Source of the DNA: Patescibacteria group bacterium | GTDB taxonomy: Bacteria > Patescibacteriota > Patescibacteriia > Patescibacteriales > JBAZCA01 | Assembly (NCBI GenBank): GCA_041661505.1 | Contig: JBAZUF010000002.1 | Span: 76,201-140,200, forward strand | Length of the DNA: 64,000 nt | Direction of reading: 5' to 3' | Notes under the pieces: model-generated | Told to the model about the DNA's origin: nothing | Databases searched by the model: none | The model's input: the letters and a program-made list of their open reading frames with translations, nothing else | In this document: piece by piece, positions 56,999 through 64,000 of the stretch | Position numbering within the stretch: position 1 is the first letter of the stretch | Layout: each line of letters starts with the position of its first letter | Program-made: the position numbers and the translations under genes

Positions 56999-58111
56999 AT
57001 GAAAACAGGAAGCCAGCATTATCGGACTATCTGGATTTCGCCGGATGATCCGAAAATTATCCAAATTATCGACCAGACCCGCCTGCCGCATGAATTTATT
57101 ATTGAGGATTTAAAGACAGTGGCAGACGCGGCCGGGGCTATAAAAGAAATGAAAGTGCGGGGAGCGGGATTAATCGGCGCTACCGCCGGTTATGGCATGT
57201 ATTTAGCCGCCTTGGAGTCCGCTCACAGCACGTCCTTTGACGATTATATAGAAAGCGTCGGAGAAAAGTTAAAGACCACCCGGCCGACCGCGGTTAATTT
57301 GGCTTGGGCAGTAGAACGCCAGCTTAGAATTATTAGAAGCAAGGACGCGCCCGAAGAAAAAATTACCGCCGCTTTTAAAACTGCCAATGAAATTGCCGAG
57401 GAAGACGCGGCGTACTGCAAAAAAATCGGCGAGCATGGCTTAATATTAATTGAGGAAATAAGCCGAAAGAAAAACGGCGAGACCGTAAATATATTAACCC
57501 ATTGCAATGCCGGCTGGCTGGCCTTTGTTGATTATGGCTCGGCTACCGCCCCTATGTACGCGGCCTATGATCGGGGAATTAAAATTCATGTTTGGGTGGA
57601 TGAAACCCGGCCAAGAAACCAGGGAGCCGGCCTTACCGCCTGGGAATTGGGTCAGCACGGCGTCCCGCATACGCTTATCGCTGATAATACCGGCGGGCAC
57701 CTTATGCAGCATGGTTTAGTAGATATGGTCATCGTCGGCGCTGACCGGGTAACGAGAACCGGCGACGCCGCCAATAAAATCGGTACTTACTTAAAAGCTC
57801 TGGCCGCCAAAGATAATAATATTCCTTTTTACGTGGCCCTGCCCTCTTCGACTTTTGACTGGGAAATAAAGGACGGCCAAAAAGAAATTCCGATTGAGGA
57901 AAGAGATGGAAGCGAAATTAAATATGTTTCCGGCTGGCATGACGGAAGCATAAAAAAAGTATTAATCTGCCCGCCGTCCAGCCCGGCCTTAAATTACGGC
58001 TTTGACGTTACTCCGGCCCGGCTTATAACCGGCCTTGTAACCGAGCGCGGGATCTGCGAGCCAAATGAGAAAAGCTTAATAAATTTATTTCCCGAACATG
58101 AAACCTGTTAA
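56999..58111 (+). CDS. mtnA: eIF-2B alpha/beta/delta-like isomerase (methylthioribose-1-phosphate isomerase or ribose-1,5-bisphosphate isomerase)
   Basis: MtnA-like sequence (IWISPDD...LIDQTRLPHE...VRGAGLIG...TRPRNQGA...VGADRV). ATG at 56999. Confidence 0.8.
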   Translation: MKTGSQHYRTIWISPDDPKIIQIIDQTRLPHEFIIEDLKTVADAAGAIKEMKVRGAGLIGATAGYGMYLAALESAHSTSFDDYIESVGEKLKTTRPTAVNLAWAVERQLRIIRSKDAPEEKITAAFKTANEIAEEDAAYCKKIGEHGLILIEEISRKKNGETVNILTHCNAGWLAFVDYGSATAPMYAAYDRGIKIHVWVDETRPRNQGAGLTAWELGQHGVPHTLIADNTGGHLMQHGLVDMVIVGADRVTRTGDAANKIGTYLKALAAKDNNIPFYVALPSSTFDWEIKDGQKEIPIEERDGSEIKYVSGWHDGSIKKVLICPPSSPALNYGFDVTPARLITGLVTERGICEPNEKSLINLFPEHETC

Positions 58112-58718
58112 AACAAAAGACGGGTATATTAAATTTGACTGCCGTTGGAAAGAAGCTAGACCCATCCCGGCTGGTAGATTAAAAACGATCAATTACTGGC
58201 GAAAAAAATTATACGCTTTGGGAATGATTGGAAGTGATAAAAAAGGAATCGGTTTTGGGAATATAAGCCAAAGGATTGGCCGGACCGATATGTTTATAAT
58301 CACCGGAAGCGCTACGGGAAAATTTAAGAAATTAAATAATAAGCATTATACGCGGGTTACGGGTTATGATTTTAAAAAGAATAGTTTGAATTGCCAAGGC
58401 CCGGTAAGAGTTTCTTCCGAATCGTTATCGCACGCGGCAGTATATAAGTCAAATAAAAACGCGAACTGCGTTATTCACATCCATAACCAAAAGCTATGGA
58501 AAAAATTAAAGAATAGAGTTCCGGCCACTTCTCCTAAAGCGGCTTACGGCACCCCGGCAATGGCCAGGGAAATAGAAAAATTGTTTAAGCAAACCGATGT
58601 AAAAGATAAAAATATTTTTGTCATGGCCGGCCACCGTTACGGGCTAGTAGCTTTCGGCCCTGATGCCGCTTCGGCCGGGAAGGTTATTATTATGGCTAAT
58701 AGGGGGCTTTATTTTTAA
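58098..58718 (+). CDS. class II aldolase/adducin N-terminal domain family protein
   Basis: GNISQR...IITGSATG...SSESLSHAAVY...CVIHIHN pattern. Overlaps mtnA-like by 14 nt. Confidence 0.65.
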   Translation: MKPVKTKDGYIKFDCRWKEARPIPAGRLKTINYWRKKLYALGMIGSDKKGIGFGNISQRIGRTDMFIITGSATGKFKKLNNKHYTRVTGYDFKKNSLNCQGPVRVSSESLSHAAVYKSNKNANCVIHIHNQKLWKKLKNRVPATSPKAAYGTPAMAREIEKLFKQTDVKDKNIFVMAGHRYGLVAFGPDAASAGKVIIMANRGLYF

Positions 58719-58759
58719 ACTATTAATCCGAAGAAATCATATTAATAAAAAAGACCGGG

Positions 58760-59323
58760 CTATCCCCGGTTTTTTGATTGAGTGGATGTGTATTCTTGGG
58801 CGGCGGTTTTTTTCGGCCTTTTAATGTTTTTTATCGCTTCGATTTCGCTAATCAAGTTTTGAAGCTGGCCTTCAATTTTTTCTAGAGAGCGCTTATTTTG
58901 GACATCGAACTGCTCTTCCTCCTCGTCTTCCTTTTGGATTTCTTCTACATCTTCCTGAATTTCGTCGACATCCTTCTGAATCTCATCTACATCTTCCTGA
59001 ATTTCGTCGACATCCTTCTGAATCTCATCTACATCTTCCTGAATTTCGTCGATGTCTTCCTCGACTTCGGTCAAGCTTTTAATGTTTTGGTTTACCGCCA
59101 TCTGGATAAAAATGGCGAGATAAATCGCTTCCAATGAAACCAGGGTGGTAATGATCAATAGTACCTTGTCGGCATTGAATCCGAGAAAAACCAAAGAAAA
59201 CGCGACGCCAAAAAGAAGCGTATGCACTAAAAGAGATGATACCGACCCGATCCAGTCCATAATCCAGTGGGAAAAATCGGTAAGCATGCTGAACCTGAAT
59301 TGGCGGCTGAAAAATTTTGGCAT
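58760..59323 (-). CDS. membrane protein (DUF1003-like N-terminal region) with acidic heptad-repeat tail
   Basis: Two TM helices, then six DVDEIQ(E/K)-type heptads and a coiled-coil-like end. Confidence 0.6.
   Translation of the reverse strand: MPKFFSRQFRFSMLTDFSHWIMDWIGSVSSLLVHTLLFGVAFSLVFLGFNADKVLLIITTLVSLEAIYLAIFIQMAVNQNIKSLTEVEEDIDEIQEDVDEIQKDVDEIQEDVDEIQKDVDEIQEDVEEIQKEDEEEEQFDVQNKRSLEKIEGQLQNLISEIEAIKNIKRPKKTAAQEYTSTQSKNRG
58932..59056. repeat. tandem repeat: 21-nt period (six copies) with a 42-nt higher-order unit
   Basis: TCTACATCTTCCTGAATTTCGTCGACATCCTTCTGAATCTCA occurs exactly twice in tandem (58944-59027), with partial copies on both sides. Confidence 0.9.
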
Positions 59324-59398
59324 AAGAAATTAAAAAAGAATTTCTGATAGCTAAATATTACCAGCAAAAAAGATTCTAGTCCAGTAATCAAAAATCAT

Positions 59399-59422
59399 AA
59401 AAAAGCCGGGCCTTTCGGCCCG
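59399..59422 (-). terminator. rho-independent terminator after the GlsB-like gene
   Basis: Minus strand: CGGGCC-GAAA-GGCCCG then GCTTTTTT. Confidence 0.7.
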
Positions 59423-59434
59423 CCTTTCGATTTT

Positions 59435-59707
59435 TTATCTTGAATGAGTGATGGTGCTTTTAGGAATCAGACCCGTTAGTAGTAGTAATACTATCGAACC
59501 AACGGCGGCTGTCAAAAGGGATATCCAAAAGTCGATGGACGCAACCCCGAACAAGGCAAATATATTGCCGCCAATCAACGCCCCGACTATGCCGACTATC
59601 ATATCGCCGGCAATCCCCAGTCCGCTTCCGGTCATAATTTCTGAAGCGATCCAGCCGGCCACCAGCCCAATAACTATAAAAGCAATTATGCTTCCTGCAG
59701 TGATCAT
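59435..59707 (-). CDS. GlsB/YeaQ/YmgE-family transglycosylase-associated small membrane protein
   Basis: 90 aa, Gly-rich TM helices (GLVAGWIA...GIVGALIGG). Confidence 0.8.
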   Translation of the reverse strand: MITAGSIIAFIVIGLVAGWIASEIMTGSGLGIAGDMIVGIVGALIGGNIFALFGVASIDFWISLLTAAVGSIVLLLLTGLIPKSTITHSR

Positions 59708-59738
59708 AATTTCACCCCCTTTCTAAATTAAGATGATA

Positions 59739-59924
59739 TTATCTTCGGCGCAGAGTTTTTGCCCTGGCTTTACCGCCTTTTTTTCCGGCCTTCCTTGCCT
59801 CTTCGGAGGTGAACTCATGGGCCGTACCTTTAGCGTGGGCCGCTTTTCCGCCTTTCGACGCAATCTTTCTTTGTTTTTCCGGATCCATTGATGCAAAGCC
59901 TCTTTTCGCTGTTCTTTTTGCCAT
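59739..59924 (-). CDS. KGG-repeat general stress protein
   Basis: SKGGKAAHAKG...KAGKKGGKA repeats. 61 aa. Confidence 0.75.
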   Translation of the reverse strand: MAKRTAKRGFASMDPEKQRKIASKGGKAAHAKGTAHEFTSEEARKAGKKGGKARAKTLRRR

Positions 59925-60313
59925 ATTATTGAATTAAATATTAATCATTTTTTAATTATCGTCCGCTACAATAGCGAAGCAGTTTGATTAATCTATATGA
60001 AACCAGACGCTCTGCCATTTAACATATTTCATTAATAATTTGAATTAAATATATGCATATAAGAAAATCGGCTAAAAACCTAGTGAATCCCTTAAGCTTT
60101 AATAGCAGGCTTTTTTCAAGAATTTTTGTTTTAGGTAATTTCTATTCCAAAGAACGGGAAACCGTACTGGGGAAAATCGGCAAGAGCTTGCAGTTTTTCG
60201 GCAGGAATTTGAAGCTTTTAAAGCCGAAATACTAAAAACAGGCGATAAATGGATTAATCTCGAAATGAAAGAACGTTTCCGGGAGGGCGTCATAAATTAG
60301 AAAAACAGAGCTT

Positions 60314-60844
60314 TTATTCGGCAACAATTTTATTGTTGCCGTTTTTGATCTTGTTTTTTAAAAGTTTCATTCCACGGTGGATGATAACGCTTATGTTATT
60401 GGGCGACCGGCCGGTTAGCCTGGAAATCTCGGTTATGCTTAGCTGGTCGACATAGCGATAGGTAATTATTTTTTGGTGATGGTTTTTAAGTTCGCCAAGA
60501 TATTTTTTAAAAGTCTCCATTTCAATGTTAATGTCCATTTCTTTTTCCTGGACCGGGTCGACGATTGTCTTTTTAGGACTGACACTTTCCAAAGATACCG
60601 GGTACTTGTCTTTGCGGCGGTAATGGTCGATAATCAAATGGTTGGCGACCATGTAAAGAAACTTTTTGTAATCCCTAACCTGGTTATTTGCCGAGGAAAT
60701 GTATTGCCAGGTTTTAAAAAAAGTTTCCTGGGTAAGGTCTTGGGCCATCTCCCAATTAGAAACCCGAAAATATATATGCTTCAAGATTATCGGCGCATAA
60801 TCGTTATAAGCCCGTGCGAAGGCGTTGTTTTCCGCTCTATCCAT
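60314..60844 (-). CDS. RNA polymerase sigma-70 family (ECF-type) sigma factor
   Basis: Region 2 (DLTQETFFKTWQ) and a region 4 HTH (SITEISRLTGRSPNNISVIIHRGMKLLK). 176 aa. Confidence 0.85.
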   Translation of the reverse strand: MDRAENNAFARAYNDYAPIILKHIYFRVSNWEMAQDLTQETFFKTWQYISSANNQVRDYKKFLYMVANHLIIDHYRRKDKYPVSLESVSPKKTIVDPVQEKEMDINIEMETFKKYLGELKNHHQKIITYRYVDQLSITEISRLTGRSPNNISVIIHRGMKLLKNKIKNGNNKIVAE

Positions 60845-61070
60845 ATAATTGGGGCGCTAGTAGCTATTCCTAAGCTAATTTTTTAGTCCATAATAATTAT
60901 TCCGTCAAGCTAAGCTATAATATATTATACGCACGCCGATTAATTAATGATGAAGCCGAATTGAAAATGCCCCGAAAAAGGAGCATTTTTGTTATGCCCC
61001 CAAATCTGTACATGGCCTTAAATAGGCAGAATATGTTATAATTGATGAGTAATAATTAATAAAAATCTCT

Positions 61071-62075
61071 ATGCTAGACAACATGCCCGGGATTGTTAAA
61101 AAAGGCTTAATAGCTATCGGCATCCTGTTTTTGGCATGGATCGCCTTTGCCATTTTTTCCTATGCCAATCGGTCGGCGATCGTATATAGATCGACAATGT
61201 CAAACGGCGATTTGTCGATTAATCCGGGTGGCTCGGGCTACGGGGAAGCCAGCGTTGAAGATTTTTCAATTCTAAAAGAGAAAAAAGGTCAAGCGGGAGG
61301 TGTCGCGTCATCGCCTAGTTTAGATGTTAATCAGGAGATATCCGGCCCGGGAGCAAAGAGCGTTTCCCAAAATAATGTTAACGCAGTTGATAAAAAAATA
61401 ATCAAAACCGGAAATTTGAGCCTTACAGTGGCAAAGGCTGATACGGCGGCGGAAAAAATCGGACAAATCGCGAAAGAAAATCAGGGCGAAGTCTATTCTT
61501 CGGATTTTTATGAAACAACAAACGGGTTAAAAAGCGGAACGATTACTATCCGGGTGCCGCATTCCAGTTTTGAAAAAGTTTTTAACGAAATAAAGAAAGC
61601 GGCAACCCAGGTTTTAAGCGAGTCAACCAACGCCCAGGATGTAACCCAGGAATACATCGATTTGGAGGCGCGTTTAAAAAATAAAAAAGCCGAGGAAAAA
61701 TCTTTTGTAGACCTCCTGAATCGTTCCGGGAAAATTGAAGAGATTTTAGCGGTAACCCAGGAGGTGGCGAGAGTAAGGACCGAGATTGACTTGATGGAAG
61801 GCCAGATCCGCTACATGAATTCCCAAACCGATAGGTCAACGATATCGGTCTATTTAACCGAAGACGCGACAATAGTTCCCGAGAGCAATGCCTGGCGGCC
61901 GCTGCAGGTCGTAAAAGCGTCGGTTAAGATGCTTCTTATTAACGGGCAGAATTTTATCGACGGATTGATCAGCTTCCTGATTGTCACTTTGCCCATGCTC
62001 TTAATGTGGGCTCTTATTCTCTGGCTTTTCTATATTGCCGGAAGAAAAGTTTACCGCCGATTGAGGAATAAATAA
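61071..62075 (+). CDS. DUF4349-like membrane-anchored protein
   Basis: N- and C-terminal TM helices. Central region (KTGNLSLTVAKADTAAEKIGQIAKENQGEVYSS...) is typical of DUF4349. Divergent from the sigma factor. Confidence 0.65.
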   Translation: MLDNMPGIVKKGLIAIGILFLAWIAFAIFSYANRSAIVYRSTMSNGDLSINPGGSGYGEASVEDFSILKEKKGQAGGVASSPSLDVNQEISGPGAKSVSQNNVNAVDKKIIKTGNLSLTVAKADTAAEKIGQIAKENQGEVYSSDFYETTNGLKSGTITIRVPHSSFEKVFNEIKKAATQVLSESTNAQDVTQEYIDLEARLKNKKAEEKSFVDLLNRSGKIEEILAVTQEVARVRTEIDLMEGQIRYMNSQTDRSTISVYLTEDATIVPESNAWRPLQVVKASVKMLLINGQNFIDGLISFLIVTLPMLLMWALILWLFYIAGRKVYRRLRNK

Positions 62076-62096
62076 ATATAAAATAGGCCGTAGCAG

Positions 62097-63494
62097 CTAT
62101 TTGAGATTTTTTGAGAGATAACTCTCTAACTCATCAATTTTAATTCTCTCTTGCTTCATCGAATCCCGGTCGCGGACAGTTACCGCCTGGTCTTTCAGGC
62201 TGTCGTAATCAACCGTCAGGCAGTAAGGCGTGCCGATTTCGTCCTGCCTCCGGTAGCGCTTGCCGATGGAGCCGGTTTCATCATACTCGGTAACGAATTT
62301 ATCTTTTAAGCTGTTAAAAATTTCCATAGCCGCTTCGGGCAAGCCGCCTTTTTTCATTAAGGGGAAAACGGCGGCTTGGATCGGGGCGATTTTTTTCGGG
62401 AATTTTAAAACTACCCGGGTTTCGCCTTCCACTTCTTCTTCGTTATAGGCGGCTAAAAGCGCGACTAAAACAGTCCGGTCTACGCCAAAGGTGGGTTCTA
62501 GGACGTGCGGGACATAGCGCTCGTTATTCTCGGCGTCAAAATATTCCAACTTTTGGCCGGAGAATTTCGCGTGCTGGGTTAAATCAAAATCGCTTCGGTG
62601 GGCAATGCCGTAAAGCTCTTTAACGCCAAAAGGAAATTTATACATGGTGTCGATGGTTTTCTTTGAGTAATGGGAAAGTTTTTCTTTCGGGTGCTCGTAG
62701 CGGGACACGTCTTCTTTTTTCGCGCCGATTTCCAAGGCGAATTCTTCCTGGAGCTTTAGCCAGTTTTCAAACAGCGGCTCCCACTCGGTTTTTGGATGGA
62801 TGAAGTATTCGATCTCCATCTGCTCGAATTCCCTTAAACGGAAGATGAAATTTCCGGCGACGATTTCATTCCTAAAAGCTTTTCCGATTTGGGCGATGCC
62901 AAAAGGAATTTTTACCCGCATTGAATCCAAAACGTTCTTAAAATCAACGAAGATGGCGCCAGCGGTTTCCGGCCTTAAATAGACCGGAAGGCTTTTTCCT
63001 TCGGCGTCGGTAATCCCGTTCATCTCGGTTTTAAACATCATGTTAAAAGTCCGGGCTTCAGTCCAGTCGGAAGCTCCGCAGTTCGGGCATTTGATTTTTT
63101 TCTCTTTTAAAACTTTGGTCATGCCTTCTAAGTTGCCCTCCATATCTTCTCCGGTGGCTTCTTCGACTATATGGTCGGCCCGGAACCGCTTTTTGCATTT
63201 TTTGCAATCAACCATGGCGTCGTTAAACCCGCCGACGTGGCCCGAAGCTTCCCAGAGTTTGGGATGTAAAAGTATCGGGCCGTCAATGCCGACAATATCC
63301 GGCCGGCCGGAAACGAATTTTTTCCACCAAAGCCTTTTGATGTTATTTTTCAGTTCGGTGCCGTAAGGGCCGTAAGAATAGGCGTTCGCGAAGCCGCCGT
63401 AAATTTCGCAGGCCGGGAAAATAAAGCCTCTTCTTTTGCATAAAGAGACAATTTTTTGCATTAAGTCGCTACTGTTGTCGTTGTTTTTTGCCAT
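62097..63494 (-). CDS. glyQS: glycine--tRNA ligase (dimeric GlyQS type)
   Basis: KRRGFIFPACEIYGG...YGPYG and class II motifs. ATG 63494 is preferred; a longer ORF runs to ATG 63548. Confidence 0.93.
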   Translation of the reverse strand: MAKNNDNSSDLMQKIVSLCKRRGFIFPACEIYGGFANAYSYGPYGTELKNNIKRLWWKKFVSGRPDIVGIDGPILLHPKLWEASGHVGGFNDAMVDCKKCKKRFRADHIVEEATGEDMEGNLEGMTKVLKEKKIKCPNCGASDWTEARTFNMMFKTEMNGITDAEGKSLPVYLRPETAGAIFVDFKNVLDSMRVKIPFGIAQIGKAFRNEIVAGNFIFRLREFEQMEIEYFIHPKTEWEPLFENWLKLQEEFALEIGAKKEDVSRYEHPKEKLSHYSKKTIDTMYKFPFGVKELYGIAHRSDFDLTQHAKFSGQKLEYFDAENNERYVPHVLEPTFGVDRTVLVALLAAYNEEEVEGETRVVLKFPKKIAPIQAAVFPLMKKGGLPEAAMEIFNSLKDKFVTEYDETGSIGKRYRRQDEIGTPYCLTVDYDSLKDQAVTVRDRDSMKQERIKIDELESYLSKNLK

Positions 63495-63596
63495 AGAGTT
63501 TGTCAGCCACTGGCTACTGGGAATAGCCTCATGGCAGTTAGAAAGCATCTTTAAAAATCTGAATTTATTGTAATTATAGCTGAATTTTCTATCTTG

Positions 63597-64000
63597 TCAA
63601 TTTTTTATCCAAACGAGGTACTCGATATTATCGCCTTTTTTTCCGCTTATCGGGGACTTTATAATATCCTTAACTTTAATCTTTATCTCCTTTAATTCCT
63701 CTTTTACCATTAAAACAATCTCGTCTAAACGCTCTTCATCCACCTTGCCTTTTTTTAGCCATTGCCGGGGTGCTTCGTAATGCGGTTTTAATAGCGAAAT
63801 CATCTCTCCGCCGGGCTTTAAAAATTTCAAGGCGGTTGGCAGAATATTTTTTTGCCGGGTCCAGCTGGTGTCGATAGAAATAAAATCCACAAGCTCGGGA
63901 AGCTCGACGTGCATGGCGTTAGTCCGTTCCATAACAACTACTCGGGCGTCGTTTCTTAAGTTCCAATCAAGGAGGCCGTAGCCGGTTTCCACGGCATACA
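63597..64000 (-). CDS. tlyA: TlyA-family rRNA 2'-O-methyltransferase; N-terminus lies outside the window
   Basis: FtsJ-like C-terminal half (DFISIDTSW...LKPGGEMISLLKPHYEA). The ORF runs off the window edge. Confidence 0.8.
   Translation of the reverse strand, partial: YAVETGYGLLDWNLRNDARVVVMERTNAMHVELPELVDFISIDTSWTRQKNILPTALKFLKPGGEMISLLKPHYEAPRQWLKKGKVDEERLDEIVLMVKEELKEIKIKVKDIIKSPISGKKGDNIEYLVWIKN

Noticed and set aside
60053-60293. ORFs 60053-60235(+) and 60099-60293(-) as the anti-sigma factor
   Set aside because: They overlap each other and have no TM helix or zinc-finger motif. Their basic low-complexity sequences are typical of AT-rich non-coding DNA.

Overview
Gene-dense 64 kb from a moderately AT-rich bacterium. 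TAA, TAG and TGA all terminate recognisable genes, so the code is standard. Gene content (ELP3 homologue, few Shine-Dalgarno sites, long charged tails on S15 and PNPase) suggests an uncultivated Patescibacteria/CPR-like lineage, but that is inference only. Layout: a near-complete de novo purine cluster (1-11.6 kb); clpP; a small accessory islet (GC-rich non-coding stretch, Fic fragment, AbiEi/AbiEii) at 13.0-15.6 kb; an ELP3-like gene; envelope genes; hup-ymdB-rny; infB; rplS; rpsO; pnp; PBP1A; the replication-origin neighbourhood (dnaN-dnaA, divergent from rpmH-rnpA-yidD-yidC); ppsA; lgt; rpsT; holA; murD plus a PP-loop gene; polA; mtnA-like plus an aldolase-like gene; a stress cluster with an ECF-type sigma factor; glyQS; tlyA. 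There are nine apparently intact tRNA genes and two aberrant tRNA-derived sequences. I recognised no rRNA, CRISPR array, transposase or integrase. I found no convincing complete novel multi-gene system. The most unusual signals are at the DNA/RNA level. (1) GC-rich palindromes sit exactly inside the D-loop and the T-loop of tRNA-derived sequences, and near-identical copies occur elsewhere. (2) A thioredoxin gene has an in-frame TAG. (3) A DnaA-box cluster lies 3.5 kb from dnaA, bracketed by a hairpin repeat family. (4) A hairpin-dense GC-rich non-coding block lies beside the Fic/AbiE genes. (5) Four GC-rich small-ORF cassettes carry strong SD sites and their own terminators. (6) A duplicated promoter plus 5'-hairpin motif shows a covarying stem. 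(7) A 170-bp palindrome sits inside the pur operon. All coordinates were derived by hand from the printed sequence. No search or folding program was run.
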